This document shows, piece after piece, positions 40,078-50,575 of a stretch of 64,000 nt of DNA. A program made the position numbers and the translations under genes. Each line of letters opens with the position of its first letter. Positions within the stretch are counted from its first letter, which is position 1. Where the stretch lies: contig JAFGES010000125.1 in NCBI GenBank assembly GCA_016931455.1, forward strand, positions 2,561 through 66,560. Direction: 5' to 3'. Origin of the DNA: Desulfobacterales bacterium. GTDB lineage: Bacteria > Desulfobacterota > Desulfobacteria > Desulfobacterales > JAHDSC01. The notes under the pieces were generated by a model. That model saw only the letters and a program-made list of their open reading frames with translations, did no database searches and was not told the DNA's origin.

Positions 40078-42015
40078 CTAAACTTGAGCCCAGACCATCT
40101 CACCGGTTTTTTGAGTATCATAGCCGCCCAGGTTTTTTACATGGTTTTTAAATTCCGTACTGTTGATTATTTTCAGCAGTAGTTGGATATTTTCAGATTC
40201 AAAATGCTTTTCCGGAATGATCAGGTCATATTGTTCGGTGGCAACCGGAATAAATTCTAAGTTAAGGGCTTTAGCCGCTGCGCAAATTGCCAATCCGGTA
40301 TCCACGGAACCGCTTAACACTGCCACGGCAATGGCCATATGGGTGAACTCCTCGTTTCGGTAACCATTGATATGAACCGGGTCCAGATGCAGCTTTTGCA
40401 GATGATAGTCCAGCAGAATCCGGGTTCCGGATCCGATTTGTCGGTTGATAAAGGAGATATCGTTGCGCAACAAGTCCTTGAAACCCTTAATTTGCTTTGG
40501 ATTTCCCGGTGGTATAATCAGGCCTTGTTGCCGGAAAACAAGATTGACGACTTTTAACCGTACATTGGGCAAATATTTTTTTATATAGGTTATATTATAA
40601 GAGCCGTCGCTTGGATCCAGCAGATGGCATCCACCTAAATGGCATACTCCCTTTTTAATCGCCATCAATGCTCCCATGCTGCCCACATGACTGGATGACA
40701 GTGTCATTCGGTTATATTTTGCTCTGACTTGATCGGCTAAAATATCTAGTGTATTGTCATGACTGCCGACGACAACAATAGTATTGTCGATCCAGGGCAA
40801 CGGTCGCAGCAGTTCCGCCGAAACCGGATCATGGGCGTTTAATCCTTCAGTTTGACTCGGAATCCGGATAATTCCGTCGGCTTCCGTGATGCTGGTTATA
40901 CAGCCGGCTCCGCGGGGTAGAGGTGTTGCTACGACTCGATCTTCCACTTTTCCAAGTTTTACCCGTAGAAACTCTTCGACACCAAGTTTTGATGCAATTT
41001 TGCGAGTAGGTTCGACCTCAATTTTATCCTGTTGGTGATCCGGCAGCCCGGTTAGCATGTATATCAACGGCCGGACAAATTGCTCAAAAGCAATGATTGC
41101 CGAGACAGGGTATCCCGGAATACCGAAAACCGGTGTATTTTTAACTGCGCCAATAAGGACCGGTTTTCCGGGCATGATGGTGACCCCATGGACGAGAACT
41201 TGGCCTAGATTGGAAACGACCGCTTTGACATAATCCTCAGATCCCGCCGAGGAGCCGCCGATGGTCATTATAATTTGAAAATCATTACTTACGGCTTCAG
41301 CCACCGCTTGTTCGATCTTTTCCAGGTCATCGGCTATGATCGCATGTCGGTGATAAGTACCGCCGCAAGCTTCAACCAGCTTCCCGAGAACAAGAGAATT
41401 GATTTCAATAACCTGACCGGGTTTAAGATTCTTTAATTCGATATTGCGCCAGTCTACAAGTTCCGATCCGGTGGGGATAATAAGAATTTTCGGTTTCTTA
41501 CGAACGGTAACCGAAAATATCCCCGCTGTCAGAAGAGCTCCCACACAATACGGTGTGATGAAATGACTACGGGGGAACAGCAGTTCGGTAGCGACAATAT
41601 CTTCCCCAATTCTGCGGACATGTTGCCAAGGATAGACCGGTGCTTCAATTTCGATGCGGTTTTCATCCAAAACATGGATATGTTCTATCATGATAACCGC
41701 ATCGGTATTTTCAGGGATGACATGGCCGGTATTGACATAAAAAGCGTCTTTGCCGACAATGAGTTCTTTGGGACTTGCGGTGCTTGCGCCGAAGGTGGAT
41801 TCTGCTCGAACCGCAATACCGTCCATTGCGGCAGCATGAAAATGAGGTGAAGAAATTTTTGCCGACACCGGCTCGGCGAGAACCCGACCGACAGCCTCTG
41901 GAACCGAAATTGTTTCGGTAGGAGGATCGTCAGACGGTTGAAACCGTTTAAAAACGATATTCCGCGCGTCATTGAGCGATTTCATTTTCAAATATATATT
42001 CCGATGTGTATTCAT
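40078..42015 (-). CDS. MoeA-type molybdopterin molybdotransferase fused to a C-terminal periplasmic-binding-protein-like domain
   Basis: MoeA core (SPHFHAAAMDGIAV..., IIMTIGGSSAGSEDY, PGKP) plus a ~230-aa extra C-terminal domain. Confidence 0.8.
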   Translation of the reverse strand: MNTHRNIYLKMKSLNDARNIVFKRFQPSDDPPTETISVPEAVGRVLAEPVSAKISSPHFHAAAMDGIAVRAESTFGASTASPKELIVGKDAFYVNTGHVIPENTDAVIMIEHIHVLDENRIEIEAPVYPWQHVRRIGEDIVATELLFPRSHFITPYCVGALLTAGIFSVTVRKKPKILIIPTGSELVDWRNIELKNLKPGQVIEINSLVLGKLVEACGGTYHRHAIIADDLEKIEQAVAEAVSNDFQIIMTIGGSSAGSEDYVKAVVSNLGQVLVHGVTIMPGKPVLIGAVKNTPVFGIPGYPVSAIIAFEQFVRPLIYMLTGLPDHQQDKIEVEPTRKIASKLGVEEFLRVKLGKVEDRVVATPLPRGAGCITSITEADGIIRIPSQTEGLNAHDPVSAELLRPLPWIDNTIVVVGSHDNTLDILADQVRAKYNRMTLSSSHVGSMGALMAIKKGVCHLGGCHLLDPSDGSYNITYIKKYLPNVRLKVVNLVFRQQGLIIPPGNPKQIKGFKDLLRNDISFINRQIGSGTRILLDYHLQKLHLDPVHINGYRNEEFTHMAIAVAVLSGSVDTGLAICAAAKALNLEFIPVATEQYDLIIPEKHFESENIQLLLKIINSTEFKNHVKNLGGYDTQKTGEMVWAQV

Positions 42016-42036
42016 TTTTAGCTTCCGATACTGGAA

Positions 42037-43266
42037 CTACAAGGGAATAATCTCAACTTCGGTTCCTTTTTCAAGGCCCTCGGTGTGAATGTCGATTTTT
42101 ATCAGACCATCAGCTTCTACCATGGTACGGATGAGACCGGACTTGCCCAAAATTGGTTCCGCCCAGTAAACCCCGTCCTTTTGAATAAGTCTGACGCGGA
42201 TATAATCAATTCTTCCCTGGGCGGAAGATAAGTTTCTCATAAGTAAAGCGGTGGGTCTAAATTCTTTTTTATACCGTTTTTTGAGCCCACTGATTTGTTC
42301 AATAAAAGGTTTGACAATACTGGTAAATACGACCATGGCTGATGCTGCATGCCCGGGCAGGCCCCAAAAAGCCTTTTTCTGGGTTTTTGCCAAAATTGTG
42401 GGTTTGCCGGGACTGATTGCGATTCCATGAACAAGGATAGTTGTAGCGGGCAAACAGGACAGCACTTTAATGGTGAAATCGTGTAAGCCGACCGAACTTC
42501 CCCCTGAAATCAGCACCATGTCGGATTGCTCTATGGCCGATAGGCATTTGGCTAAAAGCGTCTCAAACTCATCCCGCACAATTCCGAAAATCAAGGGAAT
42601 GCCACCGGTCTCTTTTACCAGACCGGATAAAGTATAGGTATTAATATCGCGAATCTGACTCATATTGGGAGTTTCATTAATCGGAATAATTTCATCGCCT
42701 GTCGAGATAATCCCAATCCGCGGCTTTCTGTAAACACAAACTTTCTTTTTGCCCAGGGCTGCTAAAAGTCCTGTTTCTTGAGGCCTAATTTTTTGACCGC
42801 GAGAAAGGAGAATTTCACCTTTGCCGATATCTTCGCCGATCGCCACAATATGTGTCCCCGGTGCAACGCTGCGATAAACTTCTATGGTTGTATCGTCAAT
42901 TGCGGCGCTGTGTTCAATCATGACAACACTATCGGCACCAGCGGGCAGCATGCCGCCGGTTGGAATTCTAACTGCCTCTCCGGCTCTAATTAAAATATCC
43001 GGCTTTTTCCCCATGGTGACGGAACCCTTAACCGTCAAATAGGCAGGGTTTGCCTCTGAAGCCCCAAAAGTAGATGCGCCACAGACGGCATAGCCGTCCA
43101 TAGTGGATCTGACAAAATCGGGAAGGTCGAGGTCGGAGACAATATCCACCGCAAGGATTCTCCCTGCCGCATCGAATAAAGAAACTTTTTCTGCTGCGAC
43201 GGGAGGAAATTCAGTTCGGTATCCGAGCACCTCTTTCGGATCTGTTACATTGAAAAAGGAATGCAT
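42037..43266 (-). CDS. moeA: Molybdopterin molybdotransferase
   Basis: RSTMDGYAV, VLISGGSSVGLHDF, SPGKP; 409 aa. Confidence 0.88.
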   Translation of the reverse strand: MHSFFNVTDPKEVLGYRTEFPPVAAEKVSLFDAAGRILAVDIVSDLDLPDFVRSTMDGYAVCGASTFGASEANPAYLTVKGSVTMGKKPDILIRAGEAVRIPTGGMLPAGADSVVMIEHSAAIDDTTIEVYRSVAPGTHIVAIGEDIGKGEILLSRGQKIRPQETGLLAALGKKKVCVYRKPRIGIISTGDEIIPINETPNMSQIRDINTYTLSGLVKETGGIPLIFGIVRDEFETLLAKCLSAIEQSDMVLISGGSSVGLHDFTIKVLSCLPATTILVHGIAISPGKPTILAKTQKKAFWGLPGHAASAMVVFTSIVKPFIEQISGLKKRYKKEFRPTALLMRNLSSAQGRIDYIRVRLIQKDGVYWAEPILGKSGLIRTMVEADGLIKIDIHTEGLEKGTEVEIIPL

Positions 43267-43390
43267 TTGATTGGATCCTGAAATTTATACAACAAGTTGA
43301 TATCATAATACAGAGTTGAGTCAAGATTTGTTATTTTTTATCATAAAACCGAAAACATTTCAAACCATTGAGAGTAAGAACGGCGATTAT

Positions 43391-43900
43391 TCAAAAGTGA
43401 TCGTCCCCGTTAACAACCGAATTTGCCGGATGACTGAATCTGAGTGGAGAATCTTCAATTTCCCTTGCATCGATTAAATTGAGGATTAGCTTCATCGCTT
43501 TGCTAAGCTCGCGAACCTGTATCGGTTCCAAATCAACCAAACCCGAAATGAGCCTTTTTTCGATAGGATCGGGTAAAGATCGGCTCAAATCTTTACCCTT
43601 TTGCGTTAAGGTGATCAGGACGATTCGGCGATCCTCCTCTTTTCGAATCCTTTCGACCAGTCCTTTTTTTTCCAGACGATCAATGATACCGGTAATGTTA
43701 GAGGGGGTGACGTATAATTTGCGGCTCAAGTCGGCCGATGAAAGCGGACCATAGATGGCAATATTATGCAAGATGCCGCTTTGGGGTCCTGTAAGACCGA
43801 AACCTCTGCTCATCTTTGATGAATCAAGATAAACCGCTCGAACCAGTCGTCGGATAGCGCCGACGATTTCTTTTATTATCAATTCATTGTCAGTATGCAT
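43391..43900 (-). CDS. MarR-family transcriptional regulator
   Basis: Winged-HTH pattern LTGPQSGILHNIAIYGPLSSADLSRKLYVTPSNITGIIDRLEKKGLVER. Confidence 0.85.
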   Translation of the reverse strand: MHTDNELIIKEIVGAIRRLVRAVYLDSSKMSRGFGLTGPQSGILHNIAIYGPLSSADLSRKLYVTPSNITGIIDRLEKKGLVERIRKEEDRRIVLITLTQKGKDLSRSLPDPIEKRLISGLVDLEPIQVRELSKAMKLILNLIDAREIEDSPLRFSHPANSVVNGDDHF

Positions 43901-44090
43901 GCCTCGCTCCTTAAGAATTATTTCATCTGATATAGATTTAAAGGTTAATAGTCAAGTTCGAAACCTATATCGGATAAAATGCTTAGCGCATACCGTCGGC
44001 CGAGTGCATGCATCATCGATAACGGAAGATTATCAAGGCACTAAGGTTTTCCTCTTGAAAAAACAGCTTTTTTTTTTTAAAGTAAAATTT

Positions 44091-44834
44091 ATGGGTTATG
44101 TCTTTGATTTCAACGATGCCTTGGCCTACGAACAGTGGTTAAAAAAACCACAAAACCAATTTTTCGCCGAACTCGGAAACCGGTTGATGCTCGATATGCT
44201 CCAGCCGATGCGAGGCGAGACGCTGCTTGATATCGGTTGTGGAGCCGGGGCCGGACTGCTTCCGTTAATTGATTTGGGAATACAGGTAACCGGGATAGAT
44301 CCTTCCCCATATATGCTGGATATTGCTTCTAATAAATTAGGTCATCGCGTGGACTTGCATCGCGGTTATGCTGAAGAACTTCCCTTTGATGATAATTCCT
44401 TTAATTATGCCTGCATCAATACCACACTGGAATTTGTCGAAGATCCCAAAAAAGCCCTTAAAGAAGTATGTCGGGTCACAAAGGACAGAATTTTTATCGG
44501 TATGCTGAATCGATATGCCGTTAAAGGCATTCAGATGCGTCTCAAATGTCTTTTTGTAGAGTCGGTTTTCAAACATGCCCATTTTTTTAGTATCGGTGAA
44601 TTAAAAAAAATCATCCGATCTTTCCTCGGTGATGTCCCTATCTCCTGCAGAAGTGTCGGCCATCTTCCGGCAACCGGCAAGATTGCTCACTGCATTGAAC
44701 GGTTTTATTTGGTCCAAAAATGTCCGTTCGGCGCTTATGTCGGTATGATGGTCGTTCTTGTGCCACGCTTCAGAACTCGGCCCCTTCCATTGACTTATAA
44801 AGCCAAGCATACCAGCGGGGCAATGGTAGGATAG
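44091..44834 (+). CDS. Class I SAM-dependent methyltransferase
   Basis: LLDIGCGAGAG motif I and a Methyltransf_11-like layout. The start is set at MGYVFDF. The upstream part of the track ORF (from 43887) overlaps the MarR start and promoter region. Confidence 0.8.
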   Translation: MGYVFDFNDALAYEQWLKKPQNQFFAELGNRLMLDMLQPMRGETLLDIGCGAGAGLLPLIDLGIQVTGIDPSPYMLDIASNKLGHRVDLHRGYAEELPFDDNSFNYACINTTLEFVEDPKKALKEVCRVTKDRIFIGMLNRYAVKGIQMRLKCLFVESVFKHAHFFSIGELKKIIRSFLGDVPISCRSVGHLPATGKIAHCIERFYLVQKCPFGAYVGMMVVLVPRFRTRPLPLTYKAKHTSGAMVG

Positions 44835-44981
44835 AAAACGCCTTATAATTAAGTTCAGTCATGCGGTATTTGTACTTCCCTTCGCACTTTCAGCAGTTAT
44901 CCTCGCCTGACGACAATATCCGATTACAGTTTTAGATATTGTTTGAATTCTGGCGGCCATTGTGAGGGTCGGTTTGACATT

Positions 44982-45215
44982 TTATTTAAGACTTCTGTAG
45001 TAATTTTTTTCGTAATATTTACTCGTTTTTTCATCATAGATAGTTTCGTTTTCATGGATAAACTTTGTTTCGGCTCCCCAGTTGCCATGGGCGACAACGA
45101 CTGTCTCACCCAGTGAAAACTTTTTGCCGCAGGCAGCGCACCCTTTCTCATTTAATGTGTTCATCAATTCAAGATCCAGGATCGTTTTTTGTCTGTGTTT
45201 GGTTTTATCGGGCAT
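44982..45215 (-). CDS. Small hypothetical protein (77 aa) with a single CxxC
   Basis: AAGGAG RBS ~10 nt upstream of the ATG. No domain recognised. Confidence 0.55.
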   Translation of the reverse strand: MPDKTKHRQKTILDLELMNTLNEKGCAACGKKFSLGETVVVAHGNWGAETKFIHENETIYDEKTSKYYEKNYYRSLK

Positions 45216-45467
45216 GGTTTTTTATCTCCTTATATTTTTTCAATTGATCTATATTTAATTATCATTGTTATTAATTTAAATCTAATCATATCCGACTTGG
45301 CAGTCAAGCCTTGAAACGTTTTCAATGTGTTAAGCGGCTTTTTCTAGTTAAAAATCTTAATCGATTTTATCCATCATCCACAGGAAGGGGGGTAAAAACA
45401 AAGGGGATGTTTAATGTCCTGGTATGAAAAAAATGAAAGGAAAAATTTTCGTATTTGAATATTTAGA

Positions 45468-46604
45468 TTAATTGGTCACCCAGCGCATAATTGCTTCCAA
45501 AGGGCCGTGTTTGAAACGTTTTGTCCAGAAATAGGCAAATGTAACGGCAAAAATGCAGAAAATAAAGGCACTAGTGCAGGCCGTCCATAAGGAATGTTTG
45601 ACCTCCATACGTCCGGTTATTGCAAGAACAAGCAGGCATATCAAGATATGGGCAATATAAAGTGTCAAAGCCAACCGACCGGTATCCAGAAAAGGACGTA
45701 TCCATTTGGATTGGGCGGCTTTCTCTGCAATATTAATACTTAAAATAATGGTTACCAACGCGCTTCCGCCGGCTGAAATCAAATAGAAAAAATTAACTGG
45801 AAATGAATATTTATCCAATAAATAAGTGCTCATGATGACACTGATTAAATCCGCGTTGTCGGAAACCAAAGGAGAAAGCAATCTAATGGCAGATTCTCCG
45901 ATAATAATGCTCAGGATGCTGAAAATAAGGAGTTTTTTTCTAAATACAGTATTCATCAAATTTTGCCGACCAAACCACATGCCGGTCAGAAAATAAGCAA
46001 TCCAAGGGAAAACCGGATAATAGCCGTTAATAAAAATATTGCGAATCATCCCCTCCAGTGTCCAGATGTCGGATTCGAGTAGTACTTCCCAATCTAAACC
46101 GGTATGATATAAAAATAGGGAAAGCAGCAATATAGAGATTGTCAGCGCCATGTTGGTCAGTGTTAGGAGTATATAGCTCGGTGCGGATAACAGAAGGGCT
46201 CCGAAAATCATATAAATACCATAGAAATGCAAGATATCCGCCTCCCATACTCGGGCAAAAAGTAGGCCGACGGCAAACAGAAAAAAAGCGCGTCTGATAC
46301 ATATTTTTCGATTTTTAGACATGCCGGCTGGGTCTTGAGTAATGCGAGCCCGGCTGCTCAACAAAGAAAAGCCGATTCCAGCCAGGACGACAAATGTAGC
46401 TGCCGAGCGTCCGTCTAACAGTTCGACTATCCAGCTAAGCCATTCCGGCCCACTACTATAGGCTTCCAACAAATATTTAAAATTGACTATGACCATGCCG
46501 AAAATAGCTATCGCACGAGCAAAATCATAACCGTCAATTCGTTGTTTCGGCGGGTTAATTGCACTTGGATGCGGTAGGGTAATGGGGATGGGATTTGCTG
46601 GCAA
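45468..46604 (-). CDS. Polytopic membrane protein, DUF1624/DUF418 (YeiB / acyltransferase-like) type
   Basis: RIDGYDFARAIAIFGMVIVNF start region and ~10 TM segments. Apparent TTG start after GAGGA. Confidence 0.65.
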   Translation of the reverse strand: MPANPIPITLPHPSAINPPKQRIDGYDFARAIAIFGMVIVNFKYLLEAYSSGPEWLSWIVELLDGRSAATFVVLAGIGFSLLSSRARITQDPAGMSKNRKICIRRAFFLFAVGLLFARVWEADILHFYGIYMIFGALLLSAPSYILLTLTNMALTISILLLSLFLYHTGLDWEVLLESDIWTLEGMIRNIFINGYYPVFPWIAYFLTGMWFGRQNLMNTVFRKKLLIFSILSIIIGESAIRLLSPLVSDNADLISVIMSTYLLDKYSFPVNFFYLISAGGSALVTIILSINIAEKAAQSKWIRPFLDTGRLALTLYIAHILICLLVLAITGRMEVKHSLWTACTSAFIFCIFAVTFAYFWTKRFKHGPLEAIMRWVTN

Positions 46605-47073
46605 CCTATATTTTCCTCAAAAATATTTTTAAAAAACTATTGTATCCAGAACTCATCAAAAATTATGCCAATCTTATATCTTGCTGATTTATTTACCTAT
46701 ATTAATATATTGATTGGATTTATCGGAACTTTATAATCTGTATTTTTTAAGACGGGTACTATTTGGTACTAGAGAATTGCATCTTAATAAGACAGCCCTT
46801 TGAAATTAAAAAAAGAAATGCAATAGGAATTAAAATTTCCGCTTAATTGGATTTCGGAACTTAAAGTTCTTCAACACTTATTTGATTTTTTTTTTAATAA
46901 GTTTTTTAAAATCAAGGCGATACGGATTAATATGGAGTCAAAGCATTTGAATCCTCAAAAAATAGCTTGTCATTATCCAAAGTGTTTGTTAGAAATTGAA
47001 CCTTTTGAAATCGAACAAATTTTTTTTCATATTTGTGCTTCTTTTTCAATCGCAACCGCAGCTGGAGTGATAG

Positions 47074-47520
47074 ATGAAACATGAGAAACTAGAAAACATT
47101 CAGAAGCTGATACTTGAATTTCTACCGCTTTTACATCAGAAGTTTGCCGACGTATTTCATAAAAGCCCGGATCACCGCTACCCCTGCAGTAAGAACCAGA
47201 ATAGAACCATCATGATCATCAAAAAAAACAGCAAGATTACACATACGGACCTGGGGCGGTGCCTGGATATGCAAAAAGGCAGCCTCACTTCTTTGATTGA
47301 CTCACTCGAATCGATGCGTCTGGTCCACCGCGAAACCGATCCGAGAGACCGCCGGAAAACGCTTTTGTCGTTGACTGATGCCGGTGAAGCTTACGTAAAA
47401 CTTCTGCTTAAGGAATTGGAAAGACATTTGCATGCAACCTTTGAGACTACACCCATTGAAGTAGTTGAAACGTTTGAAAAAAACCTAGGGGGTCTTGTCG
47501 GAATCATGAAGCGCCTATAG
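47074..47520 (+). CDS. MarR-family transcriptional regulator
   Basis: Winged-HTH ...ITHTDLGRCLDMQKGSLTSLIDSLESMRLVHRETDPRDRR. Lies 13 nt upstream of the MATE gene. Confidence 0.85.
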   Translation: MKHEKLENIQKLILEFLPLLHQKFADVFHKSPDHRYPCSKNQNRTIMIIKKNSKITHTDLGRCLDMQKGSLTSLIDSLESMRLVHRETDPRDRRKTLLSLTDAGEAYVKLLLKELERHLHATFETTPIEVVETFEKNLGGLVGIMKRL

Positions 47521-47533
47521 GAAAGTTCAACAT

Positions 47534-48925
47534 ATGGATCATTCGAAGCAGCTGGGAGAAGGAGGCATCTCGCAGCTTTTATTAAAATTTTCGATCCCCG
47601 GCATTGTTGGTATGGTGGCCAATGCGCTCTATAACGTGGTTGACCGGATTTTTGTCGGAAGAGTCTCCGGCTCCGAAGGAATTGCCGCACTGACGGTTTC
47701 TTTTCCGGCCATGCTCATTTTGATGGCCTTTGGCATGTTGGTCGGGATGGGTGCTAATGCATTGATCAGTATGCAGCTAGGGGCCGGAAGAAAAGACGAA
47801 GCGGAATTAGTCCTGGGAAATGCGCTGTTTTTACTGATTCTGAAATCAATTTTACTATCGGTAGCGGGGGTGATGTTTATCAACCGCTTTTTAAATATTT
47901 TCGGCGCTAGTGAACAGATTCTGCCCTATGCTCGTTCTTACCTGATTATCATTTTAATGGGTACGGTATTTCAGGCCATTGGATTTGGGATGAACAATTT
48001 CATTCGCGGCGAAGGCAACCCACGCATGGCCATGTTGACCATGCTGATTGGCGCCGCTTTGAATGTTCTTTTTGATGCGATTTTTATTTTTGTTTTCGGT
48101 TTAGGAATCCAGGGCGCTGCTTTTGCCACGGTAACGGCACAGGCTATCTCGGCTGCTTGGGTGCTGCACTACTTTTTGAGCGGTGGCAGCACCTTGAAAC
48201 TAAAACTTAAAAACTTAAAAGTTCGCTGGAGCATTGCCGCCAAGATTATAGTTATCGGTTCGCCGCCCTTTGCTATGCAGATCGCGGCCAGTGTACTCAA
48301 TGCGGTTTTAAATAACCAACTTTTGAATTATGGTGGCGATTTGGCTATTTCGGTGATGGGAATTGTCTTTAGCCTGATGATGATCATTTTAATGCCGATC
48401 TTCGGCATCACCCAGGGAGCTCAACCGATAATTGGATATAACTATGGCGCCGAAAAGTTTGATCGGGTTAAAAGCGCGCTTCAGCTGGCAAGCTTGGCCG
48501 CAACCCTGATTACGATTATGGGTTTTATCATCACCCGGCTTTTCCCGGAACAGTTAATCCGTCTTTTCAGCAAAAATGATCCGGCTCTGCTTGCAATGGG
48601 TACGCATGCCATGGGAATTTTTTTGATGATGTTGCCGATTGTCGGTTTCCAGATCGTAAGCGCCAATTATTTTCAGGCGGTCGGCAAGGCCAGACAATCC
48701 ATGTTTTTAAGCCTTTCCAGACAGGTTCTGCTTTTGATTCCGGCGCTGATCGTTTTGCCGCATTTTTGGGGGCTGGATGGTGTATGGTTTGCGGGGCCGC
48801 TGGCAGATTTAGGGTCTTCTATCTTAACCGGTATCTGGTTGTTTTTTGAGCTGCGCAGCTTGGATTTAAAACAGAAAGCTAATCACAGCCGGGCCAAAGT
48901 ACCGGTGACGGTTCTTCGAATATGA
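47534..48925 (+). CDS. MATE-family efflux transporter
   Basis: 12-TM protein, N-terminal LLLKFSIPGIVGMVANALYNVVDRIFVG typical of the MATE/NorM family. Confidence 0.88.
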   Translation: MDHSKQLGEGGISQLLLKFSIPGIVGMVANALYNVVDRIFVGRVSGSEGIAALTVSFPAMLILMAFGMLVGMGANALISMQLGAGRKDEAELVLGNALFLLILKSILLSVAGVMFINRFLNIFGASEQILPYARSYLIIILMGTVFQAIGFGMNNFIRGEGNPRMAMLTMLIGAALNVLFDAIFIFVFGLGIQGAAFATVTAQAISAAWVLHYFLSGGSTLKLKLKNLKVRWSIAAKIIVIGSPPFAMQIAASVLNAVLNNQLLNYGGDLAISVMGIVFSLMMIILMPIFGITQGAQPIIGYNYGAEKFDRVKSALQLASLAATLITIMGFIITRLFPEQLIRLFSKNDPALLAMGTHAMGIFLMMLPIVGFQIVSANYFQAVGKARQSMFLSLSRQVLLLIPALIVLPHFWGLDGVWFAGPLADLGSSILTGIWLFFELRSLDLKQKANHSRAKVPVTVLRI

Positions 48926-48952
48926 TGGACTTTCATTATTTATCCCTTAATT

Positions 48953-49444
48953 TTATCTATTTTCTGCAGTTATTCCCTCCAGCGATATTTGACCATCCGA
49001 CCTGAAGGGAATGATACCGGGGACTAAAAATCCGCTGACAATATGAATTTTTCCGGAAAATTTATATTTTAAGTCCTCTTTCTGCTTAAATCCCTGCAAA
49101 CTCTTTAATACATCCAGAACCGATGAATATAAGACCAGCGGCACGGTTGTAGTGCCGAAGGCGGGGATTTTTATTTTGGTATTTGCAACTCCGGAGGCAA
49201 ATTTTCTGTCATTGAGTTCAAGATCGCAGTCGATCCCCTTGATTTCAAAAGGCATATCATTGGTGTTGAAAATCCTTATTTCCACTTGAAAAATCGATTC
49301 AAAAACTTTCAGCTCCTGAACCTGGATATTGGCCAGCGTTATGCGTGGCGGCTCCAATCGTTTGCCGAGTCCGGCGCAACCGTTCAACAGCAATGGTGGT
49401 AATATGATGAAAATTATTAAGGCATATCTTAATTGAGTCCGCAT
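48953..49444 (-). CDS. LEA type-2 / WHy-domain lipoprotein
   Basis: Lipobox LLNGCAG, followed by the LEA_2 pattern (ITLANIQVQELKVFESIFQVEIRIFNTNDMPFEIKGIDCDLELNDRKFASG). Confidence 0.7.
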   Translation of the reverse strand: MRTQLRYALIIFIILPPLLLNGCAGLGKRLEPPRITLANIQVQELKVFESIFQVEIRIFNTNDMPFEIKGIDCDLELNDRKFASGVANTKIKIPAFGTTTVPLVLYSSVLDVLKSLQGFKQKEDLKYKFSGKIHIVSGFLVPGIIPFRSDGQISLEGITAENR

Positions 49445-49661
49445 GGCGGTAAATTCCTTTTTTAAAGTTGAGTAGAAACGAAAGCTTGTGTTCGCCTATT
49501 TCGATGTAGCGCATAATATATTTTATTTATTTTATTGTCCGTAAAGCGGGATTGCAAGTTCCATTTAAGTGCGTCCCGTAAAAAGCCTTTTTAAAAACCT
49601 TTTGATTTCCATTAGAAATATGTAATAATAGACTAAATTTTAGATAGAATTAATTTTGAAA

Positions 49662-50516
49662 ATGGTCAAAAATTCTAAACCACTGGTCAGCGTCATTATC
49701 CCGACCTATAATCGAGGCTGGACTCTCAAGGAGGCCGTTGATTCGGTACTGACCCAAGATTTTAGGGATTTTGAGCTGATTGTGGTAGATGACGGTTCAG
49801 ACGACAATACCCCGGAAATACTCGAAAGCTACGCAAACTCCATCTGCGTGATACGCCAAAATAATCAAGGGGTCAGTGCCGCCCGAAACAAAGGTGTTGC
49901 TGCGGCTTCAGGTCGATTTCTGGCTTTTCTGGATTCGGACGATCTTTGGCTCCCGAAAAAGCTTTTAGCCCAAGTTGAGTTCTTCAATCAAGATCTAAAG
50001 GCCTTGATTTGTCAGACGGAAGAGCTATGGATTCGAAACGGCTTGCGGGTGAATCCCAAAAAGCGGCATCAAAAACCATCCGGTAATATTTTTGAGCGAT
50101 CTCTGGCTTTATGCCTGGTGAGTCCTTCGGCGGTTATGATTGCCCGCAGCCTTTTTGAAAGCGTCGGTGGGTTTGATGAAAATCTGCCGGCTTGCGAAGA
50201 TTATGATTTGTGGCTTCGGATAAGCTGCCGGTATCCGGTATATTTGATTGATACTCCTCTAATCATCAAGCGGGGGGGGCATGCGGATCAGCTTTCCCGG
50301 TCGCCGGCGTTGGACGAGTATCGAATTCGTGCGTTAGTCAAGATCATAGAGAGCCGGCGGCTATCAAAAACACAATTGAAGCAGGCGTTGAACATGCTCA
50401 AGATCAAATGCACGATCTATGCGGCTGGATGCCGGAAACGGGGGCGGGAGACTGAAGCCTGCGATTACGATCGCCTTTACGAACATTATCTATCTGCTAC
50501 ATTCCCCAAAAATTAG
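49662..50516 (+). CDS. Family 2 glycosyltransferase
   Basis: VSVIIPTYNR, VVDDGSDD and LDSDD motifs. ATG at 49662; the track ORF begins at a TTG at 49656. Confidence 0.85.
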   Translation: MVKNSKPLVSVIIPTYNRGWTLKEAVDSVLTQDFRDFELIVVDDGSDDNTPEILESYANSICVIRQNNQGVSAARNKGVAAASGRFLAFLDSDDLWLPKKLLAQVEFFNQDLKALICQTEELWIRNGLRVNPKKRHQKPSGNIFERSLALCLVSPSAVMIARSLFESVGGFDENLPACEDYDLWLRISCRYPVYLIDTPLIIKRGGHADQLSRSPALDEYRIRALVKIIESRRLSKTQLKQALNMLKIKCTIYAAGCRKRGRETEACDYDRLYEHYLSATFPKN

Positions 50517-50575
50517 TCATCTATTCTTCTTATGAATTAAAACTCAATCTAAACTTATCCCTTTTAAATAAAATT

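Noticed and set aside
43267-43390. Possible molybdenum-cofactor riboswitch upstream of the moeA pair
   Set aside because: The region is only ~120 nt and AT-rich, and it lacks the conserved GC-rich helices and blocks I associate with the Moco RNA motif. It contains only promoter-like hexamers.
43887-44090. Upstream 68 codons of the methyltransferase ORF
   Set aside because: They overlap the divergent MarR start codon and the promoter region and carry no methyltransferase-related sequence. MGYVFDF at 44091 is the plausible start.
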